From the NCBI RefSeq assembly GCF_023055435.1, contig NW_025963924.1, positions 10,168,001 to 10,232,000 of the forward strand: 64,000 nucleotides of DNA. Reading direction: 5' to 3'. This DNA is from Haliotis rufescens (taxonomy: Eukaryota). Positions 49,271-61,029 of the stretch are shown here, piece after piece (positions within the stretch are counted from its first letter, which is position 1; the number at the start of each line of letters is the position of its first letter). The notes under the pieces were generated by a model. The model was not told where the DNA came from, did not search any database, and worked only from the letters and a program-made list of their open reading frames with translations. The position numbers were made by a program, and so were the translations under genes.

Positions 49271-50079
49271 TGTCCTGGGCTTGTCTCGGAACGGGGAAAG
49301 TTGGCCACCAATGGGTCGCGGTATGGAGGATCATAACCAGGGCGCATCAGGATTCTGACACAGATAAGGGAGGCCACTCTGCACAGCGAATTTCGGCGCC
49401 TGAGACAGCTTGAACTGCCCGTACCTATGTCATCCACAGACTGGACATTAATCAGATTGTAGTCGTTCTGAGGGACAAACATATATTTTGACATAACCGG
49501 AATTGCGAATTTTATATACTTCCCAGGGAGCTGAGAATGTAATATAACCGTACACGTATCCACTAACCAGTAGATATTATTCTGTCATGCGCTAACCATG
49601 CCCATCTGTAGCGTGTGAAAATCTAGTGTTAAGTGCAGCTGAGACGCTAGTAAACTTTAAGTTTTCATTTTATCTAAATATCCAACTTGAGTTCTGGAGA
49701 CTCAGAAACAAAGTCATGGTTGTTATTTTCCGGCAAAAGGAACAAAGATGTATTTTCGAGGTTCTGGGAGGACCACGACATATGATAACATGCTATTCGT
49801 AACAAGTTTTGCACAGCGCCCTTATCAAATGCACACAGCGTCAATATGGTGGGTATGAGATTTATCGACTGGTATGTCACGATTTTCTCGCTGTGGGTGA
49901 GCCCGGTTTGGTATCTAGACAACGCTGACAGCTAGAGATACCAGCTACACGGCAGTCGAACGTGCTCCGTGCTCCAGTCTGCGACGCAGAAACCATCTTC
50001 CCGAGGCAAGGGCGTTAACTGGCTATAACTGGACTTTTATAGTCAGTAAACGCCCTTGACTAGGGAATATGCGCAGTAA

Positions 50080-50817
50080 AGCCCCGGTCACACAGAAATT
50101 GCGACCGCGATGCACCCTCCTGGCGACCAAAATATTTGACAATCGCAATGAGGTTTCAGGGGTCTCTGAAAGGTTTCACTGAGGTCGCTACAAGGTTTCA
50201 GAGCGTCGCAAAACCCATTCGGTGGCAACTAGTCTTTTGAACATGCACAAAAGACTGGCTGCGACCGATTTGGTCGCTCGGAGGTTTCATTGGTCTCCTA
50301 GAGGTCCCCAAGTGGTGTTATTTCAATCGCAGATTGATTTCCACTGTGCGGCGATCTGTTTCGTCTACTCGTCTACTCGTCGACTCTTTGGCGATCTATC
50401 GGTGATTGATCAGTGATGAGGCGGTGATCGACCGGCGCTTCATCGGTGACAACTTGCAAAAACATGATTTGATTCAGAAAAGCACCCTTTGTATATGCAT
50501 TATGTTTTGATGGGTGATCGATCGACAACTAATCACCGACCAGTCCCCGTTCAGTTGCAGCAAGTCACCGAAGATTCGCTGACTCGTCACCGATCGGTCT
50601 CAACCAGTTGCAAACATTTCGTCGTATCTGCGGCGAACAGTTGCCGATCAATCACTGACAAGTTGCAAAACCTATCGCTGATTGATCGGCGATCATACCC
50701 TAATTCCAAATATGGGCAGAAGTAGTTGCACCGGTCTCAGCGACCGCCAGTCGGTCGCAAAAGAAATCAGTCGCCAAGAGGTTGTATCGCGGTCGCCCTG
50801 TCTGTGTGACTGTAGCT
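50080..50817. mobile_element. PIF/Harbinger-type MITE
   Basis: TIRs AGCCCCGGTCACACAGA..GCGACCGCGAT and ATCGCGGTCGC..TCTGTGTGACTGTAGCT; TAA TSD; GGTCGC/GCGACC-rich interior like 2029-2617. Confidence 0.8.
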
Positions 50818-50890
50818 TAACCAGTGTTGTTCGGTTAGTGTGCTTTATATCAAATGTGTGGACTTATATAATCATTTATATGATTTTAAT

Positions 50891-51079
50891 CAAGTAGACA
50901 CAATAAATCAGACCAAGACACAATTATGGATAACAACTTCTTTGTTTACTGTAGGCGACGTTTCGGTATAGATCCTTATACCATTGTCAAGCAAGTAAAT
51001 TCTTACAGTAAATAGAGAAATTGTTATCTATAAATTGTGTCTACTTTGTCCTCCGCCCACCTCTAATGCCTATCAAACA
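50891..51079 (-). mobile_element. Small Penelope-like fold-back element with hammerhead motif
   Basis: 17-bp TSD ATTTATATGAT(T/C)TTAAT at 50874-50890 and 51080-51096; inverted arms AAGTAGACACAAT/ATTGTGTCTACTT; central hammerhead core. Confidence 0.65.
50955..50992 (-). ncRNA. Candidate minimal type I hammerhead ribozyme (U3-A8 variant)
   Basis: Minus strand reads GC-UUGACAA-U-GGUAUA-aggauc-UAUACC-GAAA-CG-UC-GC. Confidence 0.55.
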
Positions 51080-52419
51080 ATTTATATGATCTTAATGAAA
51101 CTGTTTTATACCAGCATGCACAGATCTCCGGAACGTTTTATAATACAAACCTGCTAGATTGCATTAGAAAGGACATTTCTATTGTGTAATCCTAGGTAAT
51201 ATTTTATGTGAGTTGTCCTTTTTCTTAACTTCATTTATATATATTTTTTTATTCATTGCATAATCTGGCATCGTACAGTTAATAATATATTTGTATATTT
51301 ATTATACTGTTTCAGTAAAGGATGTTTTATGTGTACACATTATTTTATGGTCTCTCCTGACTCACTTTTTTTTCTTTTCATAATTTGTAATATTTTTTTA
51401 GTAATGTTTGAGGTCAGACGAAAATATCTTTCTGACTGTATCAGAAATTTCACATCCCGGGTTCATCTCACGAAATTCTCTGGAAACTTCCAGAAGATGA
51501 ATTGCGCGCATGTGTCCTTGTGTACATTTTGTGAACATGTGATAACTCCTCATCATAAAGTCTCCACAGGACAATGCCTCCAGCACCTGTACAGGTATGC
51601 TAAAACAACACACGCATGCACGACGAGCCCACCGTAGCCCACCTGTAAAACCTTGGCTCCCACCTGTCCCAGATACAACAGTTGAGGAGAGAGGGACTTT
51701 CAGACGGACAACGCATCTCACGGTGCTACAGCTAACTGAACCAATATTGGAAAACAAATACGTGTCGGGGATTTATTTCCCGAGACGTTTTTGTTTATGC
51801 TTGTGAGAATGCCACAACTAGCTGTAGTTTTTTAACAGAGGATGAAGTAACTGTGCGTGTTGAGTACATGTAAACACGCCACCATCATGATGCAGCGTAG
51901 ACCCAACCAGCTGGCATCACACTCGCTACAGACGCTGAAGTTCCTGTCGGTAATTTGGTGAGATGAGTCACGTACTATTGCAACAAAATGTCACGGAAAC
52001 GAGGTAGTTGTTAGTCCTTCGACTCAACGCCCCCACTTCTTTACCGTGAATGACCGATAGGTTTTTTCATAATTAGCTTCCTATAGGTTAACACGTTTTT
52101 GTCGACGTGGGCAAATCCCTTCCAGCTGATTTCCTCCTAAGAATGAACACATGTCCACATCTTGTGAAAAAGCTGAATTCGTGGCAAAACTACTTTGAAA
52201 AAAAAACTATGTCAAAGCGTGCTGTGACGTAGTGGAAGTATAACTGCACGGCGGTCCTATGATTTCGGCTACACACGTGGAATATAACATTGCTAAAAGC
52301 CGCAGGGTTGCTGCGTCTGGAGTCACATTCTATCGCAATATTGTTTCAAAGTTTGTTGAAGAGGTTCGTGGAATATGATATTCACACATTACCAGGTAAT
52401 ATGTGTACAAATGAATTAC

Positions 52420-52689
52420 GACCCGTGAAGATCCGGGGTAGAATAGGTCTTCAGCAACCCATGCTTGCCGTAAGAGGCGACTATGCTTGTCGCGTAAGAG
52501 GCGACTAACGGGATCGGGTGGTCAGGCTCACTGACTTGGTTGATGCATGTCATCGTTTCCCAATTGCGTGGATCGATGCTCATGATGTCAATCACTGGAT
52601 TGTCTGGTCCAGACTCGATTATTTACAGACCGCCGTCATATAGCTGGAATATACTATGTGCGGCGTTAAACAACAAACAAACAAACAAT
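52420..52689 (+). mobile_element. SINE family A, full-length copy
   Basis: GACCCGTGAAGATCC head, GTCGTAAGAGGCGAC-type hairpin, (CAAA)n tail, TSD TGAATTAC; more than 15 related copies in the window. Confidence 0.85.
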
Positions 52690-53504
52690 TGAATTACGGT
52701 TTTAGGCAATTTTCTAGCCGACGGGGAGCACCTCAAGGGTTCAAACGGTCTACCCATAAGGGGAATCGAACCCGGATGTTAGGCGAGACGAGCGAAGGCT
52801 CTAAACGTTAGGCTACCGCTCTACCACCGTTATGTTTGATATCGGAGATCACGGATGCTGATGCTCCATAACATATTTTAAAAGGCCAATGAGAGTGTGA
52901 GTGAGTATGGTTTTACGCCGTTTAGCAACATCCCAGCAACATCAGGACTGGGGACTCCGGAAACGTGCTACACACAATATACCCTTGTGGGGATTCGAAC
53001 TCGGGCATGACGAGAAAACGCTTTAACCGTTAGGCTACCCCGTCATTCAACCTCTGTCAATAAAAGGATGTAGCCGTGATGTACAAGTATAATCGATGAC
53101 AATACGACATGTCGCTGAACAAAGTTCGCAAACACTATACGAGCAACTCCATACATAAGTTAGCTGACACTGTCAGTTAGTGCACCAACCTCTCCCTAGG
53201 TTATTTAAAACTGCCCGCTGCTGTACCAGTCCCCAATAACTGGGTTAGCTGACACTGCACGTTACTGTACATCACTTGACAACTTTGTTAACACTGCACA
53301 AGCCTGTTGTTTAAAGCCGCACAAAGCAATTTTCCAGCAGCTATATGACGGTGGTCTGTAAATAATCGAGTCTGGACCAGACAAACCAGTGATTGATATC
53401 ATGAGTATCGTTCTACACCATGCCGATCCTATTATTCTCCCATTAGGACAATCATGGGTTGCTGAAGATCAATTCTACCAATCTTCACGGGTTGCACAGT
53501 CCCT

Positions 53505-55860
53505 TAGTTAACACTGCACGGCCCTGTACCAGTCCCTTGACAACAAGGTTGGTTGACACTGCACGACCCTGTACCCTTGACAACAAGGTTAGTTAACACT
53601 GCACGACCCTGTACCAGTCCCTTGACAACAAGGTTAGTTAACACTGCACGACCCTGTACCCTTGACAACAAGTTGGTTAGTTAACACTGCACGACCCTGT
53701 ACCAGTCTCTTGACAACAAGGTAAGTTAACACTGCACGACCCTGTACCAGTCCCTTGACAACAAGGTTAGTTAACACTGCACGACCCTGTACCCTTGACA
53801 ACAAGGTTAGTTAACACTGCACGACCCTGTACGAGTCCCTTGACAACAAGGTTAGTTGACACTGCACGACCCTGTACCCTTGACAACAAGGTTAGTTAAC
53901 ACTGCACGACCCTGTACCAGTTCCTTGACAACAAGGTTAGTTAAAACTGCACGACCCTGTACCAGTCCCTTGACAACAAGTAGGTTAGTTAACACTGCAC
54001 GACCCTGTACCAGTCCCTTGACAACAAGTAGGTTAGTTAACACCGCACGACCCTGTACCAGCCCCTTGACAACAAGTAGGTTAGTTAACACTGCACGGCC
54101 CTGTACTAGTCCCTTGACAACAAGTAGGTTAGTTAACACTGCACGACCCTGTACCAGTCCATTGACAACAAGGTAAGTTAACACTGCACGACCCTGTACC
54201 CTTGACAACAAGGTTAGTTAACACTGCACGACCCTGTACGAGTCCCTTGACAACAAGGTTAGTTAACACTGCACGACCCTGTACCCTTGACAACAATGTT
54301 AGTTAACACTGCACGACCCTGTACCAGTTCCTTGACAACAAGGTTAGTTAACACTGCACGACCCTGTACCAGTCCCTTGACAACAAGTTGGTTAGTTAAC
54401 ACTGCACGACCCTGTACCAGTCTCTTGACAACAAGGTAAGTTAACACTGCACGACCCTGTACCAGTCCCTTGACAACAAGGTTAGTTAACACTGCACGAC
54501 CCTGTACCCTTGACAACAAGGTTAGTTAACACTGCACGACCCTGTACGAGTCCCTTGACAACAAGGTTAGTTGACACTGCACGACCCTGTACCCTTGACA
54601 ACAAGGTTAGTTAACACTGCACGACCCTGTACCAGTTCCTTGACAACAAGGTTAGTTAAAACTGCACGACCCTGTACCAGTCCCTTGACAACAAGTAGGT
54701 TAGTTAACACTGCACGACCCTGTACCAGTCCCTTGACAACAAGTAGGTTAGTTAACACTGCACGACCCTGTACCAGCCCCTTGACAACAAGTAGGTTAGT
54801 TAACACTGCACGGCCCTGTACCAGTCCCTTGACAACAAGTAGGTTAGTTAACACTGCACGACCCTGTACCAGTCCATTGACAACAAGGTAAGTTAACACT
54901 GCACGACCCTGTACCCTTGACAACAAGGTTAGTTAACACTGCACGACCCTGTACGAGTCCCTTGACAACAAGGTTAGTTAACACTGCACGACCCTGTACC
55001 CTTGACAACAATGTTAGTTAACACTGCACGACCCTGTACCAGTTCCTTGACAACAAGGTTAGTTAACACTGCACGACCCTGTACCAGTTCCTTGACAACA
55101 AGGTTAGTTAACACTGCACGACCCTGTACCCTTGACAACAAGGTTAGTTAACACTGCACGACCCTGTACCAGTTCCTCGACAACAAGGTTAGTTAACACT
55201 GCACGACCCTGTACCCTTGACAACAAGGTTAGTTAACACTGCACGATCCTGTACCAGTTCCTTGACAACAAGGTTAGTTAACACTGCACGACCCTGTACC
55301 CTTGACAACAAGGTTAGTTAACACTGCACGACCCTGTACCAGCCCCTTGACAACAAGGTTAGTTAACACTGCACGACCCTGTACCAGTCCCTTGACAACA
55401 AGGTTAGTTAACACTGCACGACCCTGTACCCTTGACAACAAGGTTAGTTAACACTGCACGACCCTGTACCAGTCCCTTGACAACAAGGTTAGTTAACACT
55501 GCACGCCCCTGTACCAGCCCCTTGACAACAAGGTAAGTTAACACTGCACGACCCTGTACCAGCCCCTTGACAACACGGTTAGTTAACACTGCACGACCCT
55601 GTACCAGTCCCTTGACAACAAGGTTAGTTAACACTGCACGACCCTGTACCCTTGACAACAAGGTTAGTTAACACTGCACGACCCTGTACCAGCCCCTTGA
55701 CAACAAGGTTAGTTAACACTGCACGACCCTGTACCCTTGACAACAAGGTTAGTTAACACTGCAGGAACCTTCTACCCTTGACAACAAGGTTAGTTAACTC
55801 TGTACGACCCTGTACCCTTGACAACGAGGTTCAGTTAACACTGCACGTTACTGTACCAGT
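53505..55860. repeat. 40/45/48-bp minisatellite with higher-order structure
   Basis: Unit GTTAGTTAACACTGCACGACCCTGTAC(CAGTC)CCTTGACAACAAG; a block repeats at a 715-bp offset. Confidence 0.97.
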
Positions 55861-56455
55861 CATACACTGGATGAACTAAGCTGACATGTATTGTTTTTTG
55901 CATGGTAGGCGTAGCCTGTCACTAATTATCCCTGTACTGCAACACACAAGTGTCTCAACGAGTTGAACTGGTTCAGAAGAAGCAGGACTGACACGTATCA
56001 GACTGGAAGATGTAACACGACCCGCCCCACAGTCGTTACCTCTCCCGCTGCATTCGTAACATCACGAGGACCGAGACTTTCTTTACAAAACCAAACACCA
56101 GCCCTGCTATACAGGTAAGACAACAAACCAATCATATGTCAGCATCCTTGGTGAGCAGGTAAATCAAGAACGCCCAATCGGAGCCCAACCTGATGAAGTA
56201 GGTTACGACAGGGAATGAACGTCAACAGACATAGGTGGGTGTGAGGGATCGTATTGAGACAAGATGTAAACAACTTCCTTGCCGCTAGTTAAAAAAACAA
56301 GTCTTTGATTTTCCAGTGTTATTTTTCCATTCTATTTTGATAAATAACCTGGACCTATTCGCAACCATAGCTTTGTTTCAGGAGCGACGTCAGCCAGCCT
56401 CCATCGTTACTCCAATATAGCGCAGAATTTCTCTCGCTTATGAGAGTAATTTGAT

Positions 56456-56736
56456 CGGATAGTGGCCCAGTCGTCTAAGGCGCCGCAATTCGCTGTGCAG
56501 AGTTGCGTCCCTTGAGCACGCCAGAAACCTATGATTGTGGGTTACAATCCCGGTTCGCCACGATTATGTTTCTAGGTTTGTCAATACAACACCCGTGCTC
56601 GTGGGTTTCACCAAAGTGGTAAACGTCTGAGACCTGTATCACTTCGGGCTTTCTTCCCACAGTAAGGTGACACGCCGTGATATAACTGGAATACTGTTAA
56701 AAGCGGCGTTTAACACAACTCACTCATTCACTCACT
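56456..56736 (+). mobile_element. tRNA-derived SINE family C (V-domain-like body)
   Basis: TGGCCCAGTCGTCTAAGGCG A box, distant B box, GTGGGTTTC..CGGGCTTTCTTCCCAC body, (CTCA)n tail. Confidence 0.8.
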
Positions 56737-57311
56737 CTGTGTGTATGTAGATGTTGGCCAGTGGGTGGAGGGGTTGGTTTCACTGATGAAATAAAAGTCG
56801 GCGGGTCTGAACAATAAGCTTCTTATATCCTTACTACCATGTACTGCATATACATGGACGAAAACAATAAAAATAACCAAATTACCACAAATACGATTGA
56901 ATAATTGAATTAAAACGTGTGATCAAAAGAAACGTGCAACATATTCCACAGACGGAAGTTCGAATACGCGTTACCTGCGCATGTGCACAGATGACGTATG
57001 TTCCGTAAACGAGTCACACCGGATGTGGTGTCTGAAGGTGAGCAGGTGATGCCGTGAAACAAAATCACAAAGATGTGCAGAAAACATAAAACGGTTGCGT
57101 ATTTCATGTTTATAAACATCATTTGTACTCTCAGTGAGTTTCATATGCCTAGTAGATAGGGTTACGTGGCTGAAGGAGCAGAATGATTTACCTCCGTGAT
57201 TCAGTATCCTCCCCAACAACGTGTCTTCAATGGCTGCTTTCGTTAATTCTGTATCTGAGTGTAATTTCAATACAAGAACATTTAGGGCGGAATTATGCTT
57301 AAACGATAAAA

Positions 57312-57573
57312 TGGGTTGGTTTGGGTGGTTGGATTGTTGTCTAACGCCGCGCTCAACAACATTCCAGCTATATGACGGCGGTCTGAAACTGATCGATTCT
57401 GGACCAGACAATCAAGTGATTGACACAATGAGAATCGACCGATGACATGCATCAACCAAGTCAGCGAGCCTGACCACCCGATCCCGTTAGTCGCTTCTTA
57501 TGACAAGCATAGTCGCCTTTTCCTGCAAGCATGGGTTGCTGAAGACCTACTCTAACCCGGATCTTCACGGGTC
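57312..57573 (-). mobile_element. SINE family A
   Basis: Ends CTTCACGGGTC, the reverse complement of the head. Confidence 0.8.
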
Positions 57574-58461
57574 GATGAACTTTAGTGAGTAATTTGTGTT
57601 TAACGCCGCTTAAAACAGTGTCATCAATATGTATTTTCACGCCGTGTCGGATTAATGTGGGAGGAAACCGGGAAGTGACATATGTCTTAGCATCTTACCA
57701 AGAACACCGACATGCTGCTGAAATCAAATAGCAACTGAATCAGGCCGAATCTCGGACCGTACCCACGGTCGTAAATTTCTTGCAGCCTTAGCCGACTGGG
57801 CAACCCGTGATTCCAACTGAACAAGAGACCCAGCCTTCTTAAAAAAATAAATCATTAAAATATGTTCCTTATTAACATCGACGTCTCTCCAAAACGACGG
57901 GGGTGTTTCTATACTCTGGAACTTAATCTTCGTTTTCACGCTCAATGTTTGGAAACTACTCAAATAGCATCCTTTACACTTTATTCTTTGTGAAACACTT
58001 CAATTATGTTTCTGAACTGCACATTTACACGGATTAGTCTTATAGTCCCCTCTTGTTCCTTTACACATATCGCAACCAGACGTAACGCTCACCAACATTC
58101 CTGTACACACCGGCACCGGTAGGAAGGGGTCTGTTCCCCAGCAATGGGTGTCTGGGAACAATTGTACTTGTCCTAAATATAGCTGCACCAGCTGCCTGCT
58201 TGTCTTTCATCATCACTACGACAGTGAGTTGTATTACCCATAATACCCCACTATTATGTTGTATTACCCATAATACCCCACTGTTGTGTTGCATGTACAC
58301 CCTAACTTATGTTGTATTAACACCCCTACTATGTGTTGTATTAACATTTCTTCCACATTGTGTTAACACCCCTACTACAGTATGTAGTATTGCCCATAAT
58401 ACCCCACTATAGTGTTGTATGTACACCCCTACGTGTGTTGTATTCACACACACACATACAC

Positions 58462-58463
<2 letters not shown>

Positions 58464-58506
<43 letters not shown>
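58464..58506. repeat. Poly-C tract
   Basis: About 43 consecutive C. Confidence 0.9.
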
Positions 58507-58605
58507 TGGAAATAGCTAGGTGTGTTATGACCTAACTTACATTGCCGGTAGATGTAGTATCAGAGAAATACCAACATCACGGGTTTTATATTAGCCTAAC
58601 GAACA

Positions 58606-58953
58606 TACGGAAGCCTTTTAGGGCCATTTGTTTTTTTGGTTTTTTTCGATACTATCTTGAAATTTCAAGATACAAAGTTGAAATTTCAAGATACTAAGTT
58701 GGAATTTCAGGATACTAAGTTGAAATTTCAAGATACTTTCTTGGAATTTTAAGATACTAGGTTGAAATTTCAAGATAATAAGTTTTTAACATACTAAGAT
58801 GTAAAAATACGTTTGAAGTGAAATATCTTGAAATATCAACTCAGTATCTTGAAATTTCAATACTCTATCTTGAAATTTCAACTTAGTATCTTGAAATTTC
58901 AACTTAGTATCGAAAAAATTTAAAAAAACAAATGGCCCTAAAAGGCTTCCGTA
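58606..58953. mobile_element. IS3EU-like MITE
   Basis: TIR TACGGAAGCCTTTTAGGGCCATTTG with exact reverse complement; 6-bp TSD CGAACA; internal inverted arrays of TTGAAATTTCAAGATAC. Confidence 0.8.
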
Positions 58954-59809
58954 CGAACATGTTTATTCACAAAATATAATTAGTGCTCAACGGCTGGATG
59001 GTATCATCAAGCTATGTTTCATTCACTTATTAACAACCTGCTTACAACCTGAATTACAAATAAAGCCATTGATATTTGTCCACATTATCTTTTGAAACTG
59101 CCCATATACTTTCCGAGCTGGTTGTATACGCCGCAACATGTTAAATAATTGTTCCGTGCAAACGTTTCCTTGTTTTGGGGTGCAGCCAAGGGGTTTCTGC
59201 ATTCGCTCGTCAGCCGAAGACCCGGTTCCATTCCCCACACTGGTACCATCTTGGTGTCCCCCGCCGTGATATTGATGGAATATTGCTTAAAGCGGCGTAA
59301 AACAATTCTCACTCACTCACCCCTTTAAGCCATATCGTGACAGATCAAGTATAGACGAGAGCAAGGACCAAATCCTCTGACAAGTCATCGATCAACGCGC
59401 CCCGACACTATCAGCTTTTAGAGTTCTATTTAGAGAACTGATAGTTAATGAATGGTGCCCGCCACTCACACACAACCACACAGCGATATAGGTAAAAGGT
59501 TTGCGGATTCACGTGCATCACGAGAGCAGCGTTCTAACGAACGGATCAGAGTAACCGGGGCCTCCTGGTCACGTGACAGAATCCGTGCCAAACACCATCA
59601 AAGAGTATCTGCAGAGGTAATTCTCATGGTTTCCACGTAATATGAAATAGGGGTCAAACCACAGACTCACCAGTCAATGGGGCCCCGGCAGTAAAATGCC
59701 AACACAGGTTGTTGAAGACGTCTGCTCGAAATTATAGTCTGTTTCAAATTAAGGCAGATCCAAGTCATTAGCAATGAAGACTGGGGGAATAGCGCCATTT
59801 ATAGCGTTA

Positions 59810-60800
59810 GTTTGTTTGTTGTCTAACGCAGCACTCAGAAGTATTCCAGCTATATGAAGGCGGTCTGTAAATAATCGAGTCTGAACCAGCCAATCAGGTG
59901 ACTGACATAATCAGAATTGATCTACGCAATTGGGATCGATGACATGCATCAACCAAGTCAGCGAGCCTAACCACCCGATCCCGTTAGTCACCTCCTACAG
60001 AAAGCATGGGTTGCTGAAGACCTATTCTCAACCCGGACCGACGAGGTATATTGTAATGACCATTTCAACCATTTATATCACCAAACGACGCCAACTAGCA
60101 AGTTTGTCTTTCATCGTTTAACGCCGCACTCGGCACTAGTCCAGCTATATGACGGCCGCCTGGAAATACGGAGCCTGACCACCCGATCCATTTGTCGCCT
60201 GTTACTATTAGCACTGACTGGGGTGCTGGGGACCCATTTTACCAACTCTGGCTTACATCCCTCAGATCAAGGCGTTCGTGTGGCTACTTTGAACGATACG
60301 GACTCGAGAACGCCCTTCTTAAAGCAGTATTCTTATGACAATGGTTTTCAATGTGAAATCCTGGACATCTGACATCATGATTGGCATCATGAGCATCGAT
60401 CCATGCAATCGGGATACGATGACATGCAAGATCCGGGTTAGAAAAGGTCTTTAGCAACCCATGCTTGCCGTAAAAGGCGTCTATGCTTGTGGTAAGAGGC
60501 GACTAACGGGATCGCTCGCTGACTTGGTTGATGCATGTTATCGATCCCAATTACGTGGATCGATGCTCATGATGTCAATCACTGGATTGTCTGGTCCAGA
60601 TTCGATTATTTACAGACCGCCGTCATATGGCTGGAATATTTGTGAGAGCGGCGTTAAACAACAAACAAACAAACAAACGATGACATGCATCAACCAAGTC
60701 AGCGAGCCTGACCACCCGATCCCGGTAGTCGCCTCTTACGACAAGCATAGTCGCCTCTTTCGACAAGCATGAGTTGCTGGAGACCGGATCTCCCCGGGTC
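59810..60800. mobile_element. Cluster of SINE family A copies in both orientations
   Basis: - copy 59810-60035, fragments, + copy 60428-60678, - partial copy 60679-60800. Confidence 0.75.
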
Positions 60801-61029
60801 GACATGTTTGTACTCACAACTGCTGGAGGAATGTACTTTTCAATTACTGAGATTGTGCGAGATGGACAAAAATAGCATAACGGAAACTGACGAACAAGAA
60901 ACGTTAACAAACTGAAAGTTGGACAAGCTGGGTCCAAACCCCGAATAGTGTTACAAAATGACTGAGAATCAATCGCCCAAACACAACCAAAACAATTTGC
61001 TGATTAATGCATTGGCTACTGTACCGTGA

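Noticed and set aside
51830-51960. EGF-like fragment CSECDASWLGLRC on the minus strand
   Set aside because: Too short, with no compatible splice sites or neighbouring repeats
53852-55661. Repetitive LVVKGLVQGRAVLTN ORFs
   Set aside because: Artefacts of the 45/48-bp satellite; frames break at each 40-bp unit
53200-55860. Resemblance of TAACACTGC..ACCAGTCCC to the 5' half of twister ribozymes
   Set aside because: The complementary P4, P2 and pseudoknot strands are missing from the array unit, so the fold cannot close
56910-57122. Signal-peptide-like ORF MKYATVLCFLHIFVILFHG as first exon of the Cys-rich gene
   Set aside because: The hydrophobic codons coincide with a T-rich tract before an acceptor at 57032, and the join to 46205 gives an implausible N-terminus; not fully excluded
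58464-58506. Poly-C/G tract as a functional G-quadruplex
   Set aside because: Lies in low-complexity DNA with no regulatory context; homopolymer length may be a sequencing artefact
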